Below are positions 1 through 8,924 of a stretch of DNA of 64,000 nucleotides, in pieces (within the stretch, counting starts at the first letter, position 1; each line of letters opens with the position of its first letter). The DNA is taken from NCBI GenBank assembly GCA_963665235.2, contig CAXXLX010000001.1, forward strand, positions 4,160,001 to 4,224,000, in the 5' to 3' direction. Source of the DNA: Candidatus Poribacteria bacterium (GTDB lineage Bacteria > Poribacteria > WGA-4E > WGA-3G). Below the pieces are notes generated by a model. That model was not told the DNA's origin and did no database searches. It saw only the letters and a program-made list of their open reading frames with translations. The translations under genes were made by a program, and so were the position numbers.

Positions 1-805
1 GGGCTGGTGCCAATTGTACATTCTCCGATTCGGTCTGGTATGCCCAATCAAAAATGACAGCATCGTCAGAAACCTCATGCACATGAATCTTAGCGAAGTT
101 GTCATCAGGCGTGTTGATAACGTAGATATGGCCCCGAATAAGCTCAATAAATCCATCTATATATCCATCTTCCGGTGCCAAATCGACCGCGGTGAATGTT
201 TCGTGGTATCCCATATCTTGCATAAAGGTTTCGTTATCAGAATAGAGATAAAAAACGGTGATGTCATCATTCACAGTGCCAATACCGAAGTAAACATCAG
301 TGGCAACACTGTCCCAAGGGATAGCCCCTTTATAGGGATGTGAGAAGTCAAATCCGCTTCGGCCTGGGTAGAGGTCGTATGCCTCTAATCTAACGTTTTG
401 CCCTTCCGGTCGTGGCGTATCCCATACATTTTCAGGGCTGAGGCTGCTCTGATTACCATCGAAATCGTAAGCAGAAATAGCATAGTAATAAGTTTCGCCA
501 TTCCGTACATCTTCATCTATATAGTGTGTGGCTCCTGCCGATAGTTCTGCTAAAAGTTCAAAATTTCTGGCATCTTCACTACGCCACACCGAGTACCCAG
601 ATAAGTCGTACTCACTGTTTGGGTACCATTCAATCCGAACGTTCTCATCTCCTGTGATAGTTGTAAGCCCACGTGGCACAGCAGGCGGTTCAATATCGTC
701 AGCACCGCTGGGGGCCCCAGTGTTATCAACATAACAACTCGTTAGCATTACGACTCCGATAACACACAGAAATTTCACCAAGCAGGCATTAATTTTTGAA
801 AGCAT
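1..805 (-). CDS. Lipoprotein with fibronectin type III-like domain (3' end runs off the window)
   Basis: Manual minus-strand translation from ATG 805: MLSKINACLVKFLCVIGVVMLTSC (lipobox LTSC), then PPAVPRGL..VRIEW..DLSGYSVWRS..YIDEDVRNGETYYYAISAYDFDGNQS (FN3 signature). Open to position 1; absent from the ORF track. Confidence 0.8.
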   Translation of the reverse strand, partial: MLSKINACLVKFLCVIGVVMLTSCYVDNTGAPSGADDIEPPAVPRGLTTITGDENVRIEWYPNSEYDLSGYSVWRSEDARNFELLAELSAGATHYIDEDVRNGETYYYAISAYDFDGNQSSLSPENVWDTPRPEGQNVRLEAYDLYPGRSGFDFSHPYKGAIPWDSVATDVYFGIGTVNDDITVFYLYSDNETFMQDMGYHETFTAVDLAPEDGYIDGFIELIRGHIYVINTPDDNFAKIHVHEVSDDAVIFDWAYQTESENVQLAPA

Positions 806-884
806 TTCCTAATTCTTCCTTTACCATGATCAAATTTGCAACATTTAACGTTCGCCAGCCTTCAAACGTTGACATACGCATTTA

Positions 885-1050
885 TTGACATACTCCCCCA
901 GCTAAAGCAAGGGGGATTCTTTTGAAAGTGAATCCCATGCTCTCTGGTGCGGATTGTGGGGTATAGACTTCGGGTGAAGTCTGCGAGGGCTGCTCGCAAT
1001 AGCAAGGCTGACATCCTCTAATCCAAAGGTTGACACCCCAACCTTTAAAA
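885..1050 (-). ncRNA. Putative omega/reRNA scaffold overlapping the tnpB 3' end; guide would be the flank below 885
   Basis: Inferred from established TnpB architecture (scaffold ends at the right-end TCAA). 5' boundary is a guess. Confidence 0.5.
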
Positions 1051-2104
1051 TATTTATGGCAGCGTTAACGTCCCGATGATGTTTCTGATGGCAAGTAGAA
1101 CAACACCATTGACGAACAGACAAGTCCAGCTGCTGTTTTCGCTGTCCACAGTGGCTACAAGTCTTAGAAGTCGGTTCAAAACGGTCAATATAGTGAACCT
1201 CTTTACCGTGTTTGACCGCTTGATGTTGCAACTTTTGATGAAACGAGTAGGGCGCAATATCAGAAACTTGACACCCCCACAACCGTTTCATTCCCTCAAA
1301 AGTCAACGTCTCAAAACAGAGGTGATCTTGTTCATGCACAAAACGCTTCGCGAGTTTCCAATGGTGGTCTTCACGTTGTCTCTTGATTTTACGGTGTTTG
1401 CGCGCCACATTTAAGCGGGAACGCTCACAGTTGTTGCTACCCTTTACTTTCTTAGCATGGGCACGTTGTGCCACAGACAAATCCGCCATAGAGGTTTTAT
1501 AGAACTCAGGAGACGCATAGGCTGTGCCATCGGAACAGGTGAACATCGTTTTGATACCGAAATCATACCCTGCAGCACTACCCGTCTTAGGTAGGATTTC
1601 AGATACCGTGTCATCTGTTACAACACACATATAGAAGTCACCAACGCTATCTGCTTTGATAGTGACTGTCTTAATATTACCTACTATCTCGCGGCTTAGA
1701 TTAAACCGATATTGTTTTTCCATTATACGGACCCTATCACCATAGAAACTATAGCCAGAGGGGGACATTGTGAATGAATACGGTTTGCGCCATGAACGAA
1801 ACTTAGGCGGACGCTTCGCAATACACTTAAAAAAACGCTGATACCCGGTGTCTAAACGCCGCAGTATATCACGCGCCGCCCAAGAGTCTAACTCACGCCA
1901 ATGCGAAAACACTTCAGGATGTGAGTTCCTAAGGACGGTAAAGGCACGCGACATCTCAGGAAGCGACATATACGCAAGACCAAGAGAATAGCGCGTCCGC
2001 TGCCAACCTAAAAAATAGTTCCAAACATCATGGGCCACCCACGTTAAACGCTTGAGATTACGATTACGCGGGGCACGAAAAAGTTTGTATTTTGTGGTAT
2101 ACAT
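902..2104 (-). CDS. tnpB: RNA-guided endonuclease TnpB
   Basis: 400 aa; RuvC-I GYDFGIK, RuvC-II LCFETL, zinc finger CSHC..CSTC, RuvC-III HRDVNAAINI; catalytic D-E-D intact. Confidence 0.95.
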   Translation of the reverse strand: MYTTKYKLFRAPRNRNLKRLTWVAHDVWNYFLGWQRTRYSLGLAYMSLPEMSRAFTVLRNSHPEVFSHWRELDSWAARDILRRLDTGYQRFFKCIAKRPPKFRSWRKPYSFTMSPSGYSFYGDRVRIMEKQYRFNLSREIVGNIKTVTIKADSVGDFYMCVVTDDTVSEILPKTGSAAGYDFGIKTMFTCSDGTAYASPEFYKTSMADLSVAQRAHAKKVKGSNNCERSRLNVARKHRKIKRQREDHHWKLAKRFVHEQDHLCFETLTFEGMKRLWGCQVSDIAPYSFHQKLQHQAVKHGKEVHYIDRFEPTSKTCSHCGQRKQQLDLSVRQWCCSTCHQKHHRDVNAAINILKVGVSTFGLEDVSLAIASSPRRLHPKSIPHNPHQRAWDSLSKESPLL

Positions 2105-2191
2105 CTAAGGGTATCCTGCCTTGAAAAGTTGCTACCTGCCTCTAAAAAGGGGCGGAGAAGTCTATAGATTCTCCGCTAAGGCATTAAATAG

Positions 2192-2220
2192 AGTATACCC
2201 CATTTTTCAGGAAAAGTCAA
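2192..2220 (-). promoter_or_regulatory. Sigma70-type promoter inside the IS, driving tnpB
   Basis: Minus strand TTGACT-N17-TATACT, followed by a GCGGAGAA/TTCTCCGC leader hairpin. Confidence 0.65.
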
Positions 2221-2293
2221 ATTAAAATTTCAACTCATGCGCCGCTACTACATCCCCCAGCTAAAGCATGGGGGTTTTGTAGCGGAAGATTTG

Positions 2294-2322
2294 ATAATAT
2301 CACAAAAACCGCTCGGATGCAA
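2294..2322 (-). promoter_or_regulatory. Host sigma70-type promoter abutting the IS left end
   Basis: Minus strand TTGCAT-N17-TATTAT; the -10 box ends exactly at the inferred IS junction. Confidence 0.6.
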
Positions 2323-2397
2323 GGAATTTTTGCTGTCAATAATATCTCGGTGAATACCCAATCCTCCTCAATTGTGATATAGAAGCTGGTTTTACCA

Positions 2398-2506
2398 TGT
2401 TAGTTGCGAACCACCTCGTTTTTCTTCGAAAAAAGTTCCGATTTTATCATATTAGTTGCAAATTGCCCGGTTTTTCTTCGAAAAAAGTTCCGATTTTATC
2501 ATATTA
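2398..2506. repeat. ~52-bp tandem repeat (AGTTGCrAA...TTTTCTTCGAAAAAAGTTCCGATTTTATCATATT); degenerate copies at 3363-3450
   Basis: Two near-identical units visible; a third unit start resumes at 2687 after a MITE insertion. Confidence 0.75.
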
Positions 2507-2686
2507 TACCATTTTTATTAATTATTCTATCATTACCGGTTGTTAGAAATGAAACGGAGAACGGAAGACACAAACTGGAAGTTTATGCTACGATAAAACG
2601 CACAAACTGGAAGTTTATGCTACGATAAAACGCACAAACTGGAAGTTTATGCTACTACAAAGAGACATTTTCAATTAGAAATGGTA
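2507..2686. mobile_element. MITE-like insertion (TIR TACCATTTyTA, TTA target duplication) carrying three REP units
   Basis: ata[tta]TACCATTTTTA...TAGAAATGGTA[tta]gttgc; removal restores the ATATTAGTTGC repeat junction. Confidence 0.65.
2569..2655 (-). repeat. Three 32-bp units with GTAG-type REP (GTAGCATAAAC-TTCCA-GTTTGTG)
   Basis: cacaaactggaagtttatgctac at 2569, 2601 and 2633. Confidence 0.85.
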
Positions 2687-2887
2687 TTAGTTGCAAACCG
2701 CTTACGTAGTCATTGGTTTCCAATAGCTACTCGTCCTGCAATTTTATTTACTGTCCTCAATTTCTGACAGTCGGGTGCGTAAAGTTTTTGTACAACTGTC
2801 AGAATCGCGGAGGTCACAGAGAACGCAGAGAACACGGAAAAAGCGGTTTTTTGATAACATGTCTGCTTTTTGGTGCCATCCGGGGGT

Positions 2888-3340
2888 AAATGTTACACTT
2901 TTCGACACAAAGTGTGACATCCGATTTTCAGTCCTGAACTCCTCTGAACGCACTCAACGTCTATGTTTTCAAGCGGTTTTGCCCTCTCTTTTTCAAAACA
3001 CATAAAAAACGAAGTGTGTCATTTCAACTGCCGATTTCACGTATCTGTCCTGACTACTTTTCTTACCGTTCTGCCTCCTACTTCTTGAGGCGGGGCCGGT
3101 GAAAATGTTACACTTTTTGACACAAAGTGTGACTTTCGGTTTTCGGTGTTGCAGTCGCACAAACGCATGCCACGCATAGCTTTGAAAGCGGTTTCGACAT
3201 ATATTTCTCGCAACACATAAAAAACGAAGTGTGTCATTTCAACTGCCGATTTCGGGTATCAGTTCTGCGGACTTTTTTAGCGTTCTGCCTCCTACTTTTG
3301 ATGCGGTTCCGGTGAAAATGTTACACTTTTTGACACAAAC
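2888..3340. repeat. ~214-bp tandem repeat (2 full + 1 partial unit) with internal inverted boxes
   Basis: AAATGTTACACTTTTyGACACAAA at 2888, 3103 and 3316; AACACATAAAAAACGAAGTGTGTCATTTCAACTGCCGATTTC identical in units 1 and 2. Confidence 0.85.
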
Positions 3341-3575
3341 GCTATCGGTGTCTGGTCAGGTGAGTTGCAAACCGTGCCGCTTTCCTCCGAAAAATGTCTT
3401 GGTTTTCTGTTATATTAGTTGCGAACTGTCTAATTTTTCTTCAGAAAAAATATTATTGGCGCAGAGGTTTCCATAGGTTTCCAACAGCCAACATGCTATA
3501 AACATAATGCCCATACTGGGGTAATACTGAACAACCTGTACAAAAACTTTACACACCCCTTGCTACCGGAATATT

Positions 3576-3604
3576 TTGACAAAAACATGGCATTATGTTA
3601 TACT
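3576..3604 (+). promoter_or_regulatory. Sigma70 promoter
   Basis: TTGACA-N17-TATACT; supports a start at 3641 rather than 3560. Confidence 0.7.
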
Positions 3605-3640
3605 AAAAATATAGATGTATTTTGTAAGGAAAAAGGCGAG

Positions 3641-4189
3641 ATGTCTAAAAAAAATGTTATCGTGGTAACGCTGCTACAAATCGTTGCTGGCAGTGTAATT
3701 GGGGTCGCTGGTGGCTGGTTATGTCAACTTTTCTTTGAAAAATTTATTTTGGAAGTGCTTATCGGTTCACGAGCGACACACGGTTTTTGGGTTGGACTTT
3801 TTCTGTTAATATCAATAGGTATTACTTACGGTGGGGCGATAGTAGGTGCAAGCGAGGCAATCCGATTTGTAGGTAGAAAATTCGGAAGCACTATTGCGTT
3901 CAAACCGGTATGTTCAGGCGCATTTTTGGGACCGCCTGCAATTGTCGGTTTACTTGCCCTGCTTAATGTTCCTTGGGAAATTTTCGGTACCACCCCAAAC
4001 CTGCTTCTATCTATACTTCTGCCAGCGTTCAAGATTCTTGCATATCTGTTGTCATTCCCTATCCGGGTCTGGCTCCTGTTTGAATTCCCGGTAGAAATTT
4101 TGTATTGCCTCTCGATTCCGGTAGGTGCAATATTGGGGTATCGCCTCTCAACAACAGAACGTTTAGAAGTTAGCACACAGGAAACGTAA
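3641..4189 (+). CDS. Hypothetical multi-pass membrane protein
   Basis: Several Gly-rich hydrophobic segments; start MSKK lies downstream of the promoter. Confidence 0.75.
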   Translation: MSKKNVIVVTLLQIVAGSVIGVAGGWLCQLFFEKFILEVLIGSRATHGFWVGLFLLISIGITYGGAIVGASEAIRFVGRKFGSTIAFKPVCSGAFLGPPAIVGLLALLNVPWEIFGTTPNLLLSILLPAFKILAYLLSFPIRVWLLFEFPVEILYCLSIPVGAILGYRLSTTERLEVSTQET

Positions 4190-4316
4190 ACTGAGATGGC
4201 TATCGGTATCACAAAGACATTCAGTTCCCTAAGTCGTCAAGACATGCCCCTTCGATTAGGGTGGGGGCTTATGAATCGCGCGAATTTATTCGCGTGCTGG
4301 AGGTTTCACAAAACGT

Positions 4317-5726
4317 ATGCAATACGATGATAAACCGAGGGATGAGTGCGGCGTATTCGGGGTCTTTGGACATCCGAGAGCCGCGGAATTAACCTACTTG
4401 GGGTTACGTGCTCTTCAGCATCGCGGGCAAGAGAGCAGCGGCATTGTTGTCTCGGATGGTAAACAGTTTTCAGCACACCAGGGGATGGGTCTTGTTGATT
4501 CGGTGTTTGACGCGAAGGCTTTAGCAAGACTTACGGGGCATATTGCTATCGGCCACAACCGATATTCTACAGCAGGTGAAAGTACCCTTGGGAATGCCCA
4601 ACCTTTAGTGAGAAAGTACAAGCAGGGGCCCCTTGCCCTTGGTCACAACGGCAACTTGGTCAATGCGCCGCAGCTTCGGAACGAGCTGGAGGATGATGGG
4701 GCAATCTTTAGTACAAGTTTAGATACGGAGGTTGTTCTACATCTGATAGCGCGTTCGACCCAAAGCACGTTGGAGGATAGAATTTTTGACGCGCTCCGGC
4801 GGGTTGAAGGCGCGTATTCGTTCGTTATTTTGGACAAAACAACGCTGATGGGCGCGCGCGACGCGTACGGATTTCGCCCCTTGTGGCTCGGTAAACTCGG
4901 GGAAGCTTACGTGTTAGCGTCCGAGACATGCGCGCTCGATGTCATCGAAGCGGAGGCACTCCGCGAGGTGGAACCGGGCGAATTGGTAACGATGCGCTCA
5001 ATTCATCGCGGGGTCGAATCGTTCCGATTTCATCAACAAGAACCTGAATTGGCACAGTGCATTTTTGAGTATGTCTATCTCGCGCGTCCCGATGGTGCAA
5101 TGTTCGGACAGAGTGTGAACAGCACCCGCCGCGCATTCGGATGCCAACTTGCTCGGGAACACCCTGTCAAAGCAGATATCGTCATTCCGGTCCCCGATTC
5201 AGCGACAATTGCGGCGCGGGGTTATGCCGAAGAAGCTAAGATTCCGTTAGAGCAGGGTTTATACCGCAACGCTTTTGTAGGCCGCTCCTTCATGAATCCT
5301 GCCCAGGAAATCCGGGAACTCATGGTGAAGGTGAAGCTGAATCCAATTCGCGATGTCCTTAAGGGCAAACGGGTGATTATGGTAGATGATTCAATCATGC
5401 GTGGTACAAACAGCCGTAAACTTGTCAAAATCGTGCGGCAAGGCGGTGCAACTGCCGTGCATCTCCGTATCGCCTCCCCTCCGACTAAGTTCCCATGCTT
5501 TTACGGTGTTGATACGCCTACTCAAGCTGAGCTCATCGCGAGCCAACGGACGATTGAGGAAATCCGAAGATATATCCGCGCTGACAGCTTAGGATATCTC
5601 AGCATTGAGGGTATGCTGAAAGCTGTGCAAACACCGCAAGATTTTTGTACCGCATGCTTCGATGAAGCGTACCCCGTCACGCGAGCTGGAAAACCCCCAC
5701 GACAATTATCCTTAATCAAACATTAG
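4317..5726 (+). CDS. purF: Amidophosphoribosyltransferase
   Basis: Propeptide then ECGVFG, LQHRGQE, GHNRYST, HNGNLVN, PRPP loop VDDSIMRG, Fe-S cysteines (CIFE, PCFYG, CTAC). Confidence 0.98.
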   Translation: MQYDDKPRDECGVFGVFGHPRAAELTYLGLRALQHRGQESSGIVVSDGKQFSAHQGMGLVDSVFDAKALARLTGHIAIGHNRYSTAGESTLGNAQPLVRKYKQGPLALGHNGNLVNAPQLRNELEDDGAIFSTSLDTEVVLHLIARSTQSTLEDRIFDALRRVEGAYSFVILDKTTLMGARDAYGFRPLWLGKLGEAYVLASETCALDVIEAEALREVEPGELVTMRSIHRGVESFRFHQQEPELAQCIFEYVYLARPDGAMFGQSVNSTRRAFGCQLAREHPVKADIVIPVPDSATIAARGYAEEAKIPLEQGLYRNAFVGRSFMNPAQEIRELMVKVKLNPIRDVLKGKRVIMVDDSIMRGTNSRKLVKIVRQGGATAVHLRIASPPTKFPCFYGVDTPTQAELIASQRTIEEIRRYIRADSLGYLSIEGMLKAVQTPQDFCTACFDEAYPVTRAGKPPRQLSLIKH

Positions 5727-5751
5727 CGGGATGGTCAAGGAGGAATAGAAA

Positions 5752-6075
5752 ATGAAACATCGAACACAAAGACGCGAAATCAAAAAGAGCCTCGGAACAC
5801 CGCAAGGACGACGTACGTTGCTGGTCATCTTAATAGGCACTATATTCGCCATGGTTTTGAATTGGATTATCCCTATTATCATTCTAAAGATAGACCCCAA
5901 TACTCCACCAGCCGCGGCTGAGGAAATAGGTGTGTTTGCAGCATTTGGGCTCGCCTTCATCTATTTAATGGTAAGCCTACTGAAAGGACAGACTAACCAG
6001 CGGCGGCAGCCCCCAGAACAGGGTTCAGACACAGAAAATTCTGACTCTGAACACCCACCGCAACAAGGAGAATAG
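5752..6075 (+). CDS. Small two-TM hypothetical protein between purF and purM
   Basis: AGGAGG RBS; two hydrophobic segments; tight spacing to purM. Confidence 0.7.
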   Translation: MKHRTQRREIKKSLGTPQGRRTLLVILIGTIFAMVLNWIIPIIILKIDPNTPPAAAEEIGVFAAFGLAFIYLMVSLLKGQTNQRRQPPEQGSDTENSDSEHPPQQGE

Positions 6076-6076
6076 T

Positions 6077-7108
6077 GTGCAAGATAAAAAACCGTTGACA
6101 TACGCCGATGCTGGTGTCTCTTTTGAAGCGGAAGCTGCAGCCTTGAAACGGCTTAAAGCACTCGTCCAAACGACTTATCGTCCCGAAGTGATGAGTGACG
6201 TTGGCAGTTTCGGCGGGCTGTTTGCCCTCGGGACATACCAGCAACCGGTGCTTGTCTCCAGCACAGATAGCGTTGGGACAAAACTGAAGGTCGCTTTTAA
6301 AGCGGGAAAACACGATAGCGTTGGTTTTGATATCGTCGCTCACTGCGGCAACGACATTGTTGTACAGGGGGCTGAACCGCTTTTCTTTTTGGATTATATC
6401 GGCATCGGAAAGGTTGACCCGGCAGTTATTGAAGAGATTATAACCGGGCTTGCAGCGGGGTGTCGCGAGATTGGCTGTGCCCTAATCGGTGGGGAAACTG
6501 CGGAACTGCCCGGTTTTTACGCCCCAGGCGAATACGATTTGGTCGGCACCATCGTCGGCGTTGTTGAAAAGGATGCGCTCATTACCGGCAAGCAAATTGA
6601 GCCCGGGGACAAACTCATCGGTTTAGTGTCAACAGGGTTGCATACGAATGGGTTTTCGTTAGCAAGGCGAATTCTGTTCGACCGTTGTAAGTATAATGTA
6701 GACACACATCTTTTAGAGCTCGGGACAACCGTTGGCGAAGAACTGCTGAAACCGCACAAAAGCTACGTCAAATCTATTTTAAAACTCCGAGAAGTGTGTA
6801 ACGTTAAAGGAATTGCACATATCACAGGCGGCGGGTTGCCCGCGAACGTTGAACGTATCCTCCCGATGGGATGCCACGCTATAATTGAGAAGGACAGGTG
6901 GGAGGTTCCGCCTATCTTCGGCATTTTACAGCGGGAAGGTGATGTTGCTGAGGCAGAGATGTATCGGGTTTTCAATATGGGAGTCGGCCTTGTGTTGGCA
7001 CTTGCCCCGGATGCGGTATCAATTGCGTTGGAATTCCTTAAAACGTCTGAAGAATCGGCACACCTCATCGGGGAGGTAGTCGCAGGGGAGAAAGGGGTGA
7101 GGTTATGA
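6077..7108 (+). CDS. purM: Phosphoribosylformylglycinamidine cyclo-ligase (AIR synthetase)
   Basis: TYADAGV, GSFGGLF, VGTKL, GAEPLFFLDY, IGGETAE, GLHTNGFSL, HITGGG, FNMGVG. Confidence 0.98.
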   Translation: MQDKKPLTYADAGVSFEAEAAALKRLKALVQTTYRPEVMSDVGSFGGLFALGTYQQPVLVSSTDSVGTKLKVAFKAGKHDSVGFDIVAHCGNDIVVQGAEPLFFLDYIGIGKVDPAVIEEIITGLAAGCREIGCALIGGETAELPGFYAPGEYDLVGTIVGVVEKDALITGKQIEPGDKLIGLVSTGLHTNGFSLARRILFDRCKYNVDTHLLELGTTVGEELLKPHKSYVKSILKLREVCNVKGIAHITGGGLPANVERILPMGCHAIIEKDRWEVPPIFGILQREGDVAEAEMYRVFNMGVGLVLALAPDAVSIALEFLKTSEESAHLIGEVVAGEKGVRL

Positions 7109-7899
7109 ATGAAGGAGCACTTCAAGAAGTGAAAACCCTTTTTGAGAAGATGCCGCCGCAAGTGATTATGAAGGCATTTGACGATGTAGACAACACCGAC
7201 CTAGCTATCTTCCTGTTGATGCTTGATAGGACGACAGCCGCTGATGTTAACCAAGAGGAATCGAACGAGATACAGGAGATTCTGTCGCATTCCGCTGGGG
7301 ACACCTTGGCGAAGGAACACGCGAAAGACGCTCTATCCGTTCAGGCACAGCAGCTCTTTGCACAGTTTCCATTTGAGCGGCAGCTTCGCATTGCCGAAGA
7401 AATAGTCGCAACAGAAATGGTAGATAAACAGCAGGCTGCTCAGATTTGGAATGACATCGTTGAAAAGATGAAGGATGCCCTTGAAAATACGCTCTTCTTC
7501 GGAGACGGTGTTGCGAACCTCACTAAATTGCTCGAGCAAGTGGAAATTGCAGAACAGAATCGCCTTGTTGCTGCCTTAGGAAGAACGAAACCGGGGTTGG
7601 CAGACACTGTGTCTAAACAGCTTTTAGACTTTGATGACCTTGCCGAGCTGCCGGATGAAGCCATTCTGACGCTTTTGCAAGTCTTGGAAACAAACACCTT
7701 AGCCCTTGCGCTCCATAACGCCCCGGCCGCAATGCAGGATAGATTTTTCGAAAATATGTCCGAAGCGCAAATAGATGCGGTTGAGGCAGCAAGCGCACAA
7801 CTCACCTTTGAGGAGAAACAGATAGGTGAGACTGCCCGGGAATCTGTCGTGAATTTAGTCCGGAAGTTCGCTGAGAAAGGTCTCCTGAAAATTCAGTGA
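7105..7899 (+). CDS. FliG C-terminal-domain-like protein
   Basis: LLDFDDL..L.DEAILTLL..LALAL..A..MQDRFFENMS...VVNLVRK..EKGLL matches the FliG_C pattern; overlaps the purM stop (ATGA). Confidence 0.7.
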   Translation: MNEGALQEVKTLFEKMPPQVIMKAFDDVDNTDLAIFLLMLDRTTAADVNQEESNEIQEILSHSAGDTLAKEHAKDALSVQAQQLFAQFPFERQLRIAEEIVATEMVDKQQAAQIWNDIVEKMKDALENTLFFGDGVANLTKLLEQVEIAEQNRLVAALGRTKPGLADTVSKQLLDFDDLAELPDEAILTLLQVLETNTLALALHNAPAAMQDRFFENMSEAQIDAVEAASAQLTFEEKQIGETARESVVNLVRKFAEKGLLKIQ

Positions 7900-7973
7900 A
7901 GTCAGAAACGGGCCACTCCCCGGTTTATCCGCCAGTGGAAAGAGGTTCGATGGAAATGCAGCCCGCTCCCTTC

Positions 7974-8924
7974 CTAGTCTTCCAATTTGAATTCAAACGG
8001 AATACTGACTGTGACTGCGACAGCCTTCCCATTCTTCTTCGCTGGAACGTACCTTGTCTTTCGCAACGCCTCAATTGCTGCTTGCTCAAGCCCAAACCCG
8101 AGGGTCGTTAAGGGTGTAATGTTTTTAGGGACCCCGTTTTCATCAATAGTTGCCTGTAACCTTACAATCCCTTTCTTTTCCGCCTGTTTTGCCTGCTTTG
8201 GGTAATCCGGTTTGATTTGTACCTTCGGCCGGGGCGGTATTGTCCCCTTGTCGTTAGTCTGAATGTCAGGCACTCCGCTCAATCCGGGGCCCTCGCCTAA
8301 ATCCACCTTATCTAGGTTACCGCTAAAGGTCTCTGACGTGCGCGGTGCCTCAACTTTAGGGGTAAATACTTCTTGTGTGGGCTGCGTTGGGCGTGGGATT
8401 CTCTGTCCGATATCAACGACACTCGGTCCTTGCGTAGTCTGGGCCTCAGGTACATTAACATTGGAAAAATCTGAAGGTGGCAGTGTCGGTCCGTTATATG
8501 TGTTCGGAATCTGCGCAGCAGTGGTCACCGGTGCTTGTGGCACTGTGGACTTGATTTCTTGCTGCTGCGGTTTGAATATATCACGTTGTCGGGTATTGAG
8601 GGTAGGCCGCTTGTCCTGTCTCATGACGACAAGATCTGCGTCGAATGTTTCCGCCTCGTTTTCTATGTGCTGGGTGATATAAAAGGCAGTAACGAGAATA
8701 GCAAGCAGTGCGTGAAGTCCTATAGAAAACGTCAAGGCGAGCGAGTTGCGGCCTCCGGTTTTCTGGACGGTCATCGGGGGTGGTTTGTTGCCGCTGGCGG
8801 CAACTATCTCACGCTGCTGGCCCCGGTCAATACTGACCTTCTTCAGCATAGCATGAACTTTCGGTTTTTTTCGCTCAATGCGCCGTTGCTGCATTTGATA
8901 AGCGATATCAGCTCCTCTACTCAT
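7974..8924 (-). CDS. TonB-family energy transducer
   Basis: TM anchor SIGLHALL, Pro/Thr-rich linker, C-terminal KPDYPKQAKQAEKKGIVRLQATID..GFGLEQAAIEAL..PAKKNGKAV; AGGAGG RBS before ATG 8924. Confidence 0.9.
   Translation of the reverse strand: MSRGADIAYQMQQRRIERKKPKVHAMLKKVSIDRGQQREIVAASGNKPPPMTVQKTGGRNSLALTFSIGLHALLAILVTAFYITQHIENEAETFDADLVVMRQDKRPTLNTRQRDIFKPQQQEIKSTVPQAPVTTAAQIPNTYNGPTLPPSDFSNVNVPEAQTTQGPSVVDIGQRIPRPTQPTQEVFTPKVEAPRTSETFSGNLDKVDLGEGPGLSGVPDIQTNDKGTIPPRPKVQIKPDYPKQAKQAEKKGIVRLQATIDENGVPKNITPLTTLGFGLEQAAIEALRKTRYVPAKKNGKAVAVTVSIPFEFKLED

Larger units (their letters stand above)
885..2293 (-). mobile_element. Non-autonomous IS200/IS605-family (IS1341-type) element carrying only tnpB
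   Basis: Related subterminal hairpins at both ends (CCCCCAGCTAAAGCAwGGGGG at ~895-915 and ~2254-2274). Minus-strand right end finishes ...GTATGTCAA at 885; left end TTAT|CAAATC at 2293. No tnpA between the left end and tnpB. Confidence 0.85.

Noticed and set aside
902-2104. Cas12f or catalytically dead TnpB (TldR-like)
   Set aside because: No CRISPR array nearby, IS ends are intact, and all three RuvC acidic residues are present.
2404-3476. Short ORFs in the 2.4-3.5 kb region
   Set aside because: They translate repeat DNA, and the 215-bp period breaks frame.
4190-4316. Purine/PRPP riboswitch upstream of purF
   Set aside because: Two hairpins are present but I cannot match them to purine, ZTP or ykkC consensus; a covariance-model search is needed.
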